Of a DNA stretch of 64,000 nucleotides, positions 1 to 9,924 are shown in pieces. Below the pieces are notes generated by a model. The model was not told where the DNA came from. It did no database searches and worked only from the letters and a program-made list of their open reading frames with translations. Position 1 is the stretch's first letter. Every line of letters begins with the position of its first letter. Origin of the DNA: Candidatus Geocrenenecus arthurdayi (lineage in GTDB: Archaea; Thermoproteota; Nitrososphaeria_A; Caldarchaeales; Wolframiiraptoraceae). The translations under genes and the position numbers were made by a program. The DNA is taken from assembly GCA_023539395.1 (NCBI GenBank), contig JAKCEX010000001.1, positions 21,193 to 85,192 of the forward strand, read 5' to 3'.

Positions 1-496
1 TAAACATGTTATCGAGAATATGAGTATGGTTAAGTATGTTTGTGAGATGGATGCAGATGGAAGCCATCCAGCAGAAATTCTTCCAGAAATGGTTGCTCTA
101 GCTGAGAAGGAAGGATACGACATTATTATTGCATCAAGATATATTAGTCGTGGGAGATGGGAAGAGAAGAGTCTTATCAGGAGGATCATCAGTAGAGGGG
201 CCAACCTCTTAGCTAGAATATCAACAGGTATTAATGTTAGCGATCTAACATCTGGTTATAGAGTTATAAGACTCAGCGTATTGAAGGAAGTTGTAGACAG
301 ACTTTCAGAATTAAACTCAGGATACATCTTTCAAGTAGAGTTAATCCATCTATTACATAAAGCAGGAGCAAGGATAGGTGAATACCCATTAATCTTTAAG
401 CCTAGAATGTATGGCAGATCAAAACTTGGGAAAAGAGAGATTATCTCGTTTGCTTCATGGTGTATAAAGAATTTAGTGAGGAGGTGGATCCCTTGA
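1..496 (+). CDS. GT2 glycosyltransferase, polyprenol-phosphate mannose synthase-like (5' truncated by window)
   Basis: MDADGSH DxD motif, IIIASRY, DLTSGYR, F.PR.YG.SK; frame is open to the window start. Confidence 0.85.
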   Translation, partial: KHVIENMSMVKYVCEMDADGSHPAEILPEMVALAEKEGYDIIIASRYISRGRWEEKSLIRRIISRGANLLARISTGINVSDLTSGYRVIRLSVLKEVVDRLSELNSGYIFQVELIHLLHKAGARIGEYPLIFKPRMYGRSKLGKREIISFASWCIKNLVRRWIP

Positions 497-1479
497 AGAG
501 ATTGAAAGATTTAGGTGAAAAATGGATAGTAGATTACATTAACTCTACTTTAAAGAAGCTTCAAGGAACACTTCTACCGATTGGAGATGACGCAGTAGAT
601 TTAGCTCCCACTACTAGGCTCTTAGTCTCAGTGGATATGATGGTTCAGCGTACAGATATACCTGAAGGTATGAGTTGGAGAGACGTAGGTTACAGAGCTA
701 TAACAAGTACTACAAGCGATATTGCCTCAAAAGGAGGGAAGCCAATAGCATACTTAACATCACTCGCACTCCCCCCAGACATGAGTATAGAGGACTTCAA
801 AGAATTATGGAGAGGCATATTGGAAGCAGCAGAATTATATGGTGGAGTAGTAGTTGGAGGTGATACAAATAGTGGAGACCAGGTAATCATTGATGTAGTT
901 TGTATAGCTGAAGCTCCTAAGAAAATTATTCCTAGAAGTGGAGCGAAACCTGGAGATATAGTTGCTGTAACAGGGTTATTCGGTGTGGAGGCAGCGGGAC
1001 TTCATGCATTAATTAATAAAGTTGAGAGACCTATCTCAAGAAAAGTTATTGAAGAGATGGTTCGACCAACTGCACGTATTAAGGAGGGGCTCATATTAAC
1101 TAAGTTTGCGTCTGCTTCGATTGATTCAAGTGATGGCTTAGCAGAATCGTTACATCTACTCTCAGAAGCTAGTAAAGTAGGATTTAGAATTATTAACCCG
1201 CCAGTAGATCCCCTCGCAGTAGAATACTCGAAGCAAGTTGGTGTAGACTTATTCAACCTCGTATTCTATGGTGGAGAAGAATATGAACTAGTTGTAACTA
1301 TACCTAGAGAAGATTGGAGTTTAGCTCGTGTAGAGATTGAGAAAGCTGGGGGAAATCTAATTGAGATAGGATATGTAATAGATGAGCTTGGAGTTATTGA
1401 AGTTCTATGGAATAATCAATTTAGAAGTTTATCTAGGAGAGGCTACCTACACTTCGCAGATTACTCATATCCTTGGTAA
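493..1479 (+). CDS. thiL: Thiamine-monophosphate kinase
   Basis: IGDDA, SDIASKGG, GGDT, RSGAKPGD, DSSDGL, GGEEYEL motifs; TTG start at 493 after GAGGTG, overlapping the upstream stop. Confidence 0.92.
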   Translation: MKRLKDLGEKWIVDYINSTLKKLQGTLLPIGDDAVDLAPTTRLLVSVDMMVQRTDIPEGMSWRDVGYRAITSTTSDIASKGGKPIAYLTSLALPPDMSIEDFKELWRGILEAAELYGGVVVGGDTNSGDQVIIDVVCIAEAPKKIIPRSGAKPGDIVAVTGLFGVEAAGLHALINKVERPISRKVIEEMVRPTARIKEGLILTKFASASIDSSDGLAESLHLLSEASKVGFRIINPPVDPLAVEYSKQVGVDLFNLVFYGGEEYELVVTIPREDWSLARVEIEKAGGNLIEIGYVIDELGVIEVLWNNQFRSLSRRGYLHFADYSYPW

Positions 1480-1988
1480 AGATACTTGTAGTAGAGTAAT
1501 GCTAGGAGAGTCTTCCCATCTACTTCATCTCTCTTCTTTAATTCTTCTATTGCTTCATCTATATCCATCTCAATTATTGTTAATTCTTCATCTTCTTCCA
1601 GCTTCTGAGTAGATTTCTCTAACTCAGATGCAACATATATGTAGATAGACTCTGTTGAGTATCCTGGACTAGGATAGATCGTTAACATCTTCTTTAATAT
1701 TCCAGCTTTATAGCCTGTTTCTTCTTCCAACTCTCTTAATGCACATTCATCTGTGGATTCTCCAGCCTTTATTGTCCCCGCAGGTACTTCTAGTATCCAT
1801 TTACCTACAGGATACCTATATTGATTAATTAAGAGAATTCTACCCCTTGATATTACTGGTAGTATTGCAACTGCTCCAGGATGTTCTACAACCTCTCTAA
1901 CCCTTATTTCTTTATCTTTTAGATAATCTATTCTCAATCTTACAACCCTGCCACTATAGATTACCTTACTCTCCTTAATCTCAGGCAT
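1461..1988 (-). CDS. NUDIX hydrolase (ADP-ribose pyrophosphatase-like)
   Basis: Nudix box GTIKAGESTDECALRELEEETG, REVVEHPGAV, QYRYP; likely start ATG 1988. Confidence 0.9.
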   Translation of the reverse strand: MPEIKESKVIYSGRVVRLRIDYLKDKEIRVREVVEHPGAVAILPVISRGRILLINQYRYPVGKWILEVPAGTIKAGESTDECALRELEEETGYKAGILKKMLTIYPSPGYSTESIYIYVASELEKSTQKLEEDEELTIIEMDIDEAIEELKKRDEVDGKTLLALLYYKYLYQGYE

Positions 1989-2320
1989 ATTATAATATGA
2001 GCTACTAAGGAGGAAAAATAGATTAACGAAGAAAATTGTAGATAAAGATACAGCATAGGGATTTTTAAAGTGTAAGCAAGAATTGAAGGAGGACATTTTA
2101 TCTCCACGGGGATACTCTATAGGTTTAAAATTATAGTGCAAGGTCTGCGGACAGAGGAAGAATTGATATAATATGATGGATGACGCGTTAGACTGTTTAT
2201 TCTAGAGGTTGTACAGGTAGTTTGAAGCGGTGAACTATTATATGTAGAGGGTGGGTGAGTTATAAAGACTGGTTATATTAAGGGGGAATTTTTAACAATA
2301 AGCTTAACGTTACTCTAATT

Positions 2321-3415
2321 ATGCGTGTAAGAGAATTATTCAACTACTTTAAGCCGTATGGTTTCGAGATACCTAATTGGAGGATAGCAGAAGAATATGG
2401 TCTTGATCCAAGAGAGATTATTAGAATGGACTTGAATACTTCTCCATATCTACCTCAAAAATGGTTAAAGAATCTTGAATCCAAGATTCCTACGTTGAAG
2501 ATTAACCAGTATCCTGATGCTACTTATAGAGACTTAGTAGAGGAGATATCCAGCTATGCTAGAGTGAAGGCTGAGAAGATAATCCCCACGAATGGTGGAG
2601 ATGAAGCAATCGATATTATTGTTAAAGCATTTATAGATTCTGGTTGTGAAGCAATACTTTCATCTCCAACCTACGATTATTTCAGAGTATCCGTTGAACT
2701 TCAGGGAGGCAGAGTAATCAATATTCAAAGAAGAGAAAACTTTGCAGATAATGTAGAAGCTATTCTCTCAGCTATTAATGATAGGACAAGGGTAATCTTT
2801 CTATGTAGCCCGAACAATCCAACTGGGAACACTATACAATACAATGATGTTCTAAACATTCTAGATAAAGCCTTAGACATAGCAGTAGTAATTGATGAAG
2901 CATATTATGAATACTGTGGTAAAACATTCATAGAGCTTACTGAAACCTACGATAACCTAATAATTGTGAGGACTTTATCGAAAGCTTTCGGTTTAGCAGG
3001 AGCAAGAGTAGGATACATTGTAGCATCAAGAGAAGCAGCAAAACTATTGAATAAGGTTAGACCACCGAATAGCTTAAACCTAATAGCTATCGAGTTAGCT
3101 AAGATTGCGTTAAGAGACTATGAAACAGCCCTTAAGAATGTGAGGAAAACAATCAAAGAAAGAGAGAGGGTTAGAGAGCTTCTCTCTACTATACCTAAAA
3201 TCAAAGCTTATCCTTCTGAAGCTAACTTCATACTATTCCAGCTACTAGAAGGTGATACAAAACTACTTCATAGAAAACTTATGGAGAAAGGTATAGTTAT
3301 CAGGTACCTAGATCCCAGCTGGCTCCAATCATATTTAAGAGTAACAATATCGCTTCCTGAACATAATAATAGATTCTTGAAAACACTAGAAAGGATACTT
3401 AAAGAAGAAATGTAA
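2321..3415 (+). CDS. hisC: Histidinol-phosphate aminotransferase (class I/II PLP)
   Basis: NGGDEAI, CSPNNPTG, DEAYYE, RTLSKAFGLAGARVGY. Confidence 0.8.
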   Translation: MRVRELFNYFKPYGFEIPNWRIAEEYGLDPREIIRMDLNTSPYLPQKWLKNLESKIPTLKINQYPDATYRDLVEEISSYARVKAEKIIPTNGGDEAIDIIVKAFIDSGCEAILSSPTYDYFRVSVELQGGRVINIQRRENFADNVEAILSAINDRTRVIFLCSPNNPTGNTIQYNDVLNILDKALDIAVVIDEAYYEYCGKTFIELTETYDNLIIVRTLSKAFGLAGARVGYIVASREAAKLLNKVRPPNSLNLIAIELAKIALRDYETALKNVRKTIKERERVRELLSTIPKIKAYPSEANFILFQLLEGDTKLLHRKLMEKGIVIRYLDPSWLQSYLRVTISLPEHNNRFLKTLERILKEEM

Positions 3416-3656
3416 ACTAAGTCTATTCTCTATTCATTGATAAAGATGAAAGTAGAAGTAAATGTTGACCCCAGATCCATTCTAAAAACTAGAAACAAAA
3501 ACAAATACAATACACAAACATACACTACAAACTAGCTAAACAATATATCAAGGTAGAAAACTACTGAGAAGAAGGATTTGATTAACCTCTAAATACCACT
3601 TAAACTAGGATTCAGACTGTAGGATAAAAATTCACACCATGCAGAGCTACTACCCT

Positions 3657-3731
3657 GGGCCCGTAGCTCAGCATGGATAGAGCATCGGCCTTCTAAGCCG
3701 GGGGTCGGGGGTTCGAGTCCCCCCGGGCCCG
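3657..3731 (+). tRNA. tRNA-Arg(TCT)
   Basis: GGGCCCG/CGGGCCC acceptor stem, anticodon loop CT-TCT-AA, GTTCGAGTCC T-arm. Confidence 0.96.
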
Positions 3732-3840
3732 CTACTCAAATAATGAGTCGGATGGATATTTGTAAAATAAATTGTATAGCTGAAGGTTAAATTTTCACTA
3801 GATGCGTTAAATTGGATTGAGATTTTCCTAAAGGTATTGA

Positions 3841-3944
3841 TGCCCCGGGCAGGATTTGAACCTGCGACAACCCGGTTCCTCAAGGATATTTTGATGTTTC
3901 TTGATTCTTCAGCCGGGCGCTCTCCCGGGCTGAGCTACCGGGGC
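3841..3944 (-). tRNA. tRNA-Phe(GAA) with ~30-nt intron at 37/38
   Basis: GCCCCGG/CCGGGGC acceptor; CCCGG-CT-GAA-G[intron]A-CCGGG; GTTCAAATCC. Confidence 0.93.
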
Positions 3945-4058
3945 CATTTCTCTATTTATTCATAGTTTCTTAAAAACCTTCACTATTCTTCTAATTTACA
4001 TGCTTTTTGTGCTTTTTACGATTTTCTCGGTATGTCTTTCATGGCTTTCTGGTTATTC

Positions 4059-5363
4059 TTATTGTTTCTTTATGTTCTTTGCAAATTCTTCTGTTACTTG
4101 TATTAATCTTTCTATATCGTTTATTGTGTGAGCTGATGAGATGAAGAATTGTGGGTTTTCATAAGTTAATGCTATAATATTGCTTTCTAGTAGATGCTGG
4201 AAGTATTTTCTTGATTTTTCCTTATCCTTCATTGTTTGAGCTGTTTTTACATCCCTAGGTTTGATCGGTGTAAAGTGTACTCCCACTAATGATCCTATAC
4301 CAGTTGTATAGCCTAGATTATGTCTTTCAAGTATTTCACCGATGTCTTTTCTAAGTTTTTCTCCAAGTGTGTTTATATGATTGTATATCTCAGGTCTTCT
4401 TTCAAGTTCTGAGAGTAATGTGTATCCAGCCGAGGTCATAAGCATGTTTGCTGAGAATGTCCCGCCTTGGAAGGCTCTTTCATGGTAGTTCCTATATTTT
4501 AGTTGGTTAAGTAGCTCCATATACTCATCTCTTCCTCCAAATGCTCCTACTGCGAATTCTCCTCCACCAACTATTTTACCGAGCGTTGTAATATCAGGTG
4601 TCACACCGTATATCTTCTGAGCACCTCCAGTTGAGAGTCTAAAACCAGTTATTACTTCATCAAATATTAGTAATGCACCTATTTTATCACATATCTCTCT
4701 AAGCCCTTTCAAGAATTCTCTCTCAGCTGGTATCATTCCTCCTGCTCCAGCAACAGGTTCAACTATTATCCCTGCAATTTCAGTTTTCTCTACAGCTTTC
4801 TCTACTGCTTCTAAGTCATTGTATGGTAGGATTACCGTATCTTTTACTGCTCCATAGGTTAAACCAGCATAAACTTTCTCATATGGAGGTACTACAGCAA
4901 CGTGTAGCGTATCATATCCACCATGCCAGTTTCCTTCAAACTTAACGATAGCCGCCCTCTTTGTATATGCTCTAGCTAATCTTACAGCATACATATTTGC
5001 TTCTGTACCACTATTAGTGAATCTAACTTTTTCTATACTTGGAACCATTCTATGTATTTGTTCTGCAAGACGTATCTCCCATTCATGTGGTAAGCCTACA
5101 TGTATCCCTAACTCAATTTGTCTACGGATAGCCTCTATTACTGGTGGATAGTTATGCCCCATGATCTTAGCTCCATGCCCAATCCAGTAATCAGTATACT
5201 CGTTCCCATCAACATCTATCAATTTCTGACCGTAAGCTTTAGAAACATAGAAAGGATAAGGCTCAAAATATCTAATTGAGTAACTTACACCTCCTGGTAG
5301 ATACTTTTTAGCAATCTCAAATAATTGGCGGGATCTTAAAGTTGAAGATTCAAACTTACTCAT
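4059..5363 (-). CDS. Class III aminotransferase, glutamate-1-semialdehyde aminomutase-like paralog
   Basis: DVDGNEY.D, NSGTEA, FEGNWHG, FDEVITGFR, GKIVGGG, GTFSAN. Confidence 0.85.
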   Translation of the reverse strand: MSKFESSTLRSRQLFEIAKKYLPGGVSYSIRYFEPYPFYVSKAYGQKLIDVDGNEYTDYWIGHGAKIMGHNYPPVIEAIRRQIELGIHVGLPHEWEIRLAEQIHRMVPSIEKVRFTNSGTEANMYAVRLARAYTKRAAIVKFEGNWHGGYDTLHVAVVPPYEKVYAGLTYGAVKDTVILPYNDLEAVEKAVEKTEIAGIIVEPVAGAGGMIPAEREFLKGLREICDKIGALLIFDEVITGFRLSTGGAQKIYGVTPDITTLGKIVGGGEFAVGAFGGRDEYMELLNQLKYRNYHERAFQGGTFSANMLMTSAGYTLLSELERRPEIYNHINTLGEKLRKDIGEILERHNLGYTTGIGSLVGVHFTPIKPRDVKTAQTMKDKEKSRKYFQHLLESNIIALTYENPQFFISSAHTINDIERLIQVTEEFAKNIKKQ

Positions 5364-5447
5364 ACCTTCCCTCCTTAGAAGGACCTTCTAGGTTTTAAGC
5401 ATATCTTAACTCGGAATGTGAAAAATAATGCGGAGGGATGGTCAACC

Positions 5448-5912
5448 TCAGGAAGGTGGTTTTATCTCGAATGTTTTTGGATCCATGTATGAGTAGTACC
5501 AGAGTATTGTCTCACCATTGCTTAGGACATACTTATCGCATGCTGACCCACCATGAGCCCATCCTAGGTTCGTCCACAACCACCAAGTCCAATACATTGA
5601 CTGCTCAATAGACTGCTCCACTCCATTAATGGCCTTCACGTATAATCCCATAGTGCCATAAGGCTCCGCGTCAACTCTCCATCCAGCTTTTAACATGGCA
5701 TCATACAACGTTAACCCCATAGTTCCATTAAACCAATGCCTAGTGCCATTTCCATAATCTATCCCTAGGTTTATGACAGCTTTAGATTTCTCAAGCCTCG
5801 ACATTAGGTCCGTGTACTGATAATAGTAATAGCTGGATAAGAGTGATGCAGCGATCGCCCAGCAGAGGATGCATACTAAGGCTAAAACCCACTTATTTCT
5901 TAGAAATGCCAT
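5448..5912 (-). CDS. Membrane-anchored DUF4430 (transcobalamin C-terminal-like) protein
   Basis: N-terminal TM; GLYVKAINGV...YWTWW...L.NGETILWYY pattern; overlaps ECF S gene. Confidence 0.7.
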   Translation of the reverse strand: MAFLRNKWVLALVCILCWAIAASLLSSYYYYQYTDLMSRLEKSKAVINLGIDYGNGTRHWFNGTMGLTLYDAMLKAGWRVDAEPYGTMGLYVKAINGVEQSIEQSMYWTWWLWTNLGWAHGGSACDKYVLSNGETILWYYSYMDPKTFEIKPPS

Positions 5913-6447
5913 GACCCCACCTCCTAGAAGCTCTCTCCAAGACTGTGAGTAATGGAATTGAGCATATCCCGAAGAGGACTGCGTTACCTGCTTGGTGGAT
6001 TATCGCGAATGGTATTCCTGTGATCAATGCTACGATGAGCGGGATATTGAATGTAAGTGCGAAGGCGATGTTCGTAGCTAGGTCGTAGAGGAATGTAAGG
6101 AGGAATCCTACTGCGCCGAATAGTATGCTTAACTGGGTTTTATCACTAGAAAGGTTCATCATTGATAACGACTTACCGAGAATGCCTCCTGCGATGCCGT
6201 AGACCGACTCTGATAACATAGTCGCGACCCATATCTGAGGAACGAAGCCGTAGGGGTTCAGTACTCCATAGATAGCCCAGATGAGAATACCAACGGAAGC
6301 GCCGATTAGAGAACCATAGAGGAATCCAGTTATGAAAACTAGGAGATCCATTATCTTGAGGTTCGCAAATCCTATTAAGACATAGTTTGAGCCTAGGCTT
6401 GCGGCCACTGTAACAGCTATCAAACTAACTTTCCTGCTGTTCGGCAT
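5893..6447 (-). CDS. ECF transporter S component (possibly cobalamin, CbrT-like)
   Basis: About 6 TM helices, ANLKIMDLLVFITG, NPYG, YDLATN, GIPF..IH..GN; start ATG 6447. Confidence 0.7.
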   Translation of the reverse strand: MPNSRKVSLIAVTVAASLGSNYVLIGFANLKIMDLLVFITGFLYGSLIGASVGILIWAIYGVLNPYGFVPQIWVATMLSESVYGIAGGILGKSLSMMNLSSDKTQLSILFGAVGFLLTFLYDLATNIAFALTFNIPLIVALITGIPFAIIHQAGNAVLFGICSIPLLTVLERASRRWGHGISKK

Positions 6448-6472
6448 GTTGGATGGATAATCCATCCAACAT
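6446..6472. promoter_or_regulatory. 27-bp perfect palindrome in the 5' UTR of the ECF S gene
   Basis: ATGTTGGATGGAT-A-ATCCATCCAACAT, between a TATA-like element near 6505-6512 (minus) and the ATG. Confidence 0.6.
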
Positions 6473-6579
6473 TTTAACTTTACTATCTACATATAGTCAA
6501 GTCAAATATATAAGTTTATACAACAATAGGCAGGGATCCTTAGTAAAATTAATAAATTAAAAACAAAAAGCAAGTAACT

Positions 6580-6900
6580 ATGAGTGAATATATTCAGGTT
6601 TTAACCACGGTGGATTCTAGAGAAAAAGCTGAAGAGATTGCTGGAAAGCTGCTTAATGCTAGGCTTGCAGCATGTATTCAGATTATTGGTCCAATTAAAT
6701 CTATGTATTGGTGGAAGGGGGTAATTGAATATTCTCAGGAGTGGATATGCTTAGTTAAGACTAAGGCTGAAATGTATAATAAGGTTGAAAGCATGATTAA
6801 GAATAGCCATAGTTATGAAGTACCTGAGATAATCGCAATACCAGTAATTCATGGATACGACAAGTATTTAGAATGGTTAACAAGCGAATTGAAGATGTAA
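6580..6900 (+). CDS. cutA: Divalent cation tolerance protein CutA
   Basis: RLAAC, SMYWWKG, HSYEVPEII, YLEWL. Confidence 0.93.
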   Translation: MSEYIQVLTTVDSREKAEEIAGKLLNARLAACIQIIGPIKSMYWWKGVIEYSQEWICLVKTKAEMYNKVESMIKNSHSYEVPEIIAIPVIHGYDKYLEWLTSELKM

Positions 6901-6941
6901 CTTAATTATGTGCAGCTCAGCAATATTGTTTATCCATCTTC

Positions 6942-7403
6942 TTAGATTTTCTCAAGCTTTTCTACCAAATCTTTAAGAGAATTCTTTACTTCTTGGAGTA
7001 GTATTTCTAGCTTCTGACTTTTCTTTCTTTCTTCTTCAAGTCTTACCTTCAATTCTTCTAATTCTTTCGTAGATGGTAGGTCGATCTTAACCCCTTCTCT
7101 TAGAAACTTTTCTAGAGTTTGGCGAACTAGTTGGCCTGCTTTGGTTTTACCCATAAGGTGGTTACGTATTGTTGATTCAGTTCTACCTATATCTTCAGCT
7201 ATCTGGCTTATAGTCATCTTTGCTTTCTCCCTCGCAATAGCTGCAGCTGCTACAGCTAGAGAATCAACCCAGGTCAATCTCTCAGATGGGTTTCTCAATT
7301 CTTCTAATACTTCAGGTCTGAACAAGGTACCTACAAGGAGAGCATACTCAAGTTTATGTATCTCTTCTCTACCAATCGGTGATAATGGTATTTCTTCACT
7401 CAT
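6942..7403 (-). CDS. HTH transcriptional regulator, KaiC-associated
   Basis: [41 protein letters not shown]-terminal coiled coil. Confidence 0.8.
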   Translation of the reverse strand: MSEEIPLSPIGREEIHKLEYALLVGTLFRPEVLEELRNPSERLTWVDSLAVAAAAIAREKAKMTISQIAEDIGRTESTIRNHLMGKTKAGQLVRQTLEKFLREGVKIDLPSTKELEELKVRLEEERKKSQKLEILLQEVKNSLKDLVEKLEKI

Positions 7404-8139
7404 ATCTTCCACCGATGATTTTAATTGTTTCACCTGCTTTTATCTCTATCCCTTTACTTGTGATTATGAATGGGTGGCGTCTCATAGAATGCGCTGTCCC
7501 ACGCATCTTCCATACGATTATGCTTCTCTTCAATTCTCCATCTACTTCATCAAGATCTAATCTAATTATACCGTCTGCAGCATGTTCTACACCTGGACCG
7601 CCGAAACCTCTCTCGGTAACACTTACTTGTGAAATCAGTATTGATGTGCATCCCATGCCTGATAAGACTTTCTTTAATTGAAGAACCATGCTTCTCGCTA
7701 GTGCTGGCTTAGTTATGTATAATGTTGTAACGGAGTCTATTACTGCTCTCTCTGCATTTACATCTTTTATTGCATCTCTAAGGGTATCTACTAGTAGCTG
7801 GAAGTCTCCTGGATCCTTTACTACGTATTTTTCTCTCTTCGCAGCTTCACCTATCCCAGCAGTAAATGCATCTACCATGGCGAATAACCCTTTCTCTTCA
7901 TATGATTTAACATCCCATCCAAATTGAGACATAGAGATTCTAACCTGTACTGGATGTTCTTCTAGAACTACTAGTATTCCTGGCTCCCCACGTAGTAAGC
8001 CGTTATAAAGATATTGTTGACCAAATATTGATTTTCCTGTTCCAGGTCCACCAGATAATAATACTACATTCCTTTTTGGTATACCTCCACCTAATATTTC
8101 ATCCAGCCCCGCTATACCTGTTATTATTCTTTCAACCAA
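7396..8139 (-). CDS. KaiC-domain RecA-superfamily ATPase
   Basis: GGPGTGKS Walker [26 protein letters not shown]. Confidence 0.92.
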   Translation of the reverse strand: MVERIITGIAGLDEILGGGIPKRNVVLLSGGPGTGKSIFGQQYLYNGLLRGEPGILVVLEEHPVQVRISMSQFGWDVKSYEEKGLFAMVDAFTAGIGEAAKREKYVVKDPGDFQLLVDTLRDAIKDVNAERAVIDSVTTLYITKPALARSMVLQLKKVLSGMGCTSILISQVSVTERGFGGPGVEHAADGIIRLDLDEVDGELKRSIIVWKMRGTAHSMRRHPFIITSKGIEIKAGETIKIIGGRYE

Positions 8140-8160
8140 TTTGAACCCTGATGAAAACTA

Positions 8161-8748
8161 TTAATCCTTTTTCAAAAACATTTCTAGCCTTGGTAGGATA
8201 ACAATACATTCATCTGGGTCTCCAACCTCAATGTACATCTTCTTTATGTATGCTATCCCTGTTAAGCTGCATGTAACTGCATCTAGTTCATGTCCGCTTT
8301 CATCACATCTTAAACCTTTGACGCCTATACTGATTAATCCTTCCTTAAGTAGGATAGTTCCTCTACTTTTCCTAGGTATTCCAAGCAGGTCTTGTGTACC
8401 ACCAGGATAAACCTCGATTACGCAGTATCCAGATTCTTCTAGTTTTTCTTTTAGCTTGATAGCTCTCTCAGCTAGAATCTTCATCCCTATGAGGGTAGGT
8501 GGAAATACATGGATACCCATCTCGACCAGCTTCCTATCGCAGGACCTTAGGGCTTGACCTGGCTTAGGTAAGCTTAACGGTGCATCTATCGCAACTACTT
8601 CTGGGTCGGAGGAAAATATGAAATCTAATATTTCATGGTCCATTCTTGATAAACATGATTCACAGTAAAGGTCGAGGTTCATCCTACACAGCCCAGTATA
8701 TCTTTTAGGGGAGCCTGCGAGGTCAACTCCTACGGAAGCCCACTTCAT
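8161..8748 (-). CDS. DUF429-family RNase H-fold protein
   Basis: VGVDLA, VAIDAPL, R.CD, IEVYP, HELDA. Confidence 0.8.
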   Translation of the reverse strand: MKWASVGVDLAGSPKRYTGLCRMNLDLYCESCLSRMDHEILDFIFSSDPEVVAIDAPLSLPKPGQALRSCDRKLVEMGIHVFPPTLIGMKILAERAIKLKEKLEESGYCVIEVYPGGTQDLLGIPRKSRGTILLKEGLISIGVKGLRCDESGHELDAVTCSLTGIAYIKKMYIEVGDPDECIVILPRLEMFLKKD

Positions 8749-8786
8749 TCCATCTATATAGTAAATTGTAATGGTATCCTATTATC

Positions 8787-9890
8787 TTAAAGGTTTCTGA
8801 TGACTGGTGGAATGACACCGTATCTTATTCCATGGTCAGCTAGTACTATTGCCGTCATTGCTTCAACTACTGGAACAGCTCTAGGGACAATACATGGGTC
8901 ATGCCTTCCACCTACAATAATCTCTGTTTGTTTTCCTGTTTTAAGGTCTATCGTTTTCTGTTTTAATCCAATAGATGATGGAGGTTTAACTACTACTCTG
9001 AAGTGGAGTGGGGCTCCAGTTGAGATTCCTCCGACTACTCCTCCAGCATCATTTTTCTCTAACTTTATTTTTCCTCCTTCTACTATGAATGGATCATTAT
9101 GTTCTGAGCCAAACATTCTAGCTGCTTTGAATCCCGCTCCAAATTCTATTCCTTTTACAGCTGGAATGGAGAATATTGCTTTAGCTAAGTCTGAGTCTAA
9201 TGCATCGAATACAGGTTCACCTAAACCTATTGGAAGACCTGTTACAATACACTCAATTACTCCTCCAACGGTGTCCCCTCTAAAGATTGCTTGCTGAATT
9301 TTTTCTTTCATCTTTACAGCAGCTTCAGGGGTTGGAGCTCTAACATCATTCTCGTATCTATATCTTCTAGCATCATCTAACGTAAAATCTTCTGCTTTCT
9401 CTCCACCAATCTCTAAAGCATAAGCAATTACCTCAACATTTAAGATTTTCTTGAGAAGTTTCTTAGCAACTGCTCCAGCCATTACAAATCCTGCTGTAAT
9501 CCTCCCTGAGAATCTCCCCCCACCTCTATAGTCGTTGTACCCACCATACTTTACATATGCAAAGTAATCTGCATGGCTAGGTCTAGGCGTAAACCTGATA
9601 GACTCGTAATCTTCACTTCTAATATCTTTATTCCAAATAATCATACATATAGGCGCGCCTGTAGTATATCCATTAAAGACTCCTGATAAAATCTCAACCC
9701 TATCTTCCTCCATCCTACTAGTAGTTATCCTAGAAGTTCCAGGCCTCCTCAAGTCTAGTTCTTTCTGGATATCTTCTTCTGAGAGCTCTAACCCAGCTGG
9801 ACATCCATCTATAACGACTCCAATACATTTACCGTGGCTCTCGCCGAAGCTTAGTACCTTAAACATTCTACCAATTATATTGCCGGCCAA
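8787..9890 (-). CDS. aroC: Chorismate synthase
   Basis: FGESHG, RPSHAD, RGGGRFSGR, GGISTG, GRHDPC. Confidence 0.97.
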   Translation of the reverse strand: MAGNIIGRMFKVLSFGESHGKCIGVVIDGCPAGLELSEEDIQKELDLRRPGTSRITTSRMEEDRVEILSGVFNGYTTGAPICMIIWNKDIRSEDYESIRFTPRPSHADYFAYVKYGGYNDYRGGGRFSGRITAGFVMAGAVAKKLLKKILNVEVIAYALEIGGEKAEDFTLDDARRYRYENDVRAPTPEAAVKMKEKIQQAIFRGDTVGGVIECIVTGLPIGLGEPVFDALDSDLAKAIFSIPAVKGIEFGAGFKAARMFGSEHNDPFIVEGGKIKLEKNDAGGVVGGISTGAPLHFRVVVKPPSSIGLKQKTIDLKTGKQTEIIVGGRHDPCIVPRAVPVVEAMTAIVLADHGIRYGVIPPVIRNL

Positions 9891-9924
9891 TTCTATCTTC
9901 TTAGAATTCTTCTTGGAGGCTTAT

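Noticed and set aside
2000..2250. Stop-interrupted + frame containing C...LSPRGY...CKVCG, reminiscent of a TnpB zinc ribbon
   Set aside because: Multiple stops and too little sequence to assign a family by eye.
3668..3883. 71-aa ORF in the track
   Set aside because: Shadow of the two tRNA genes; the same applies to 22697-22882.
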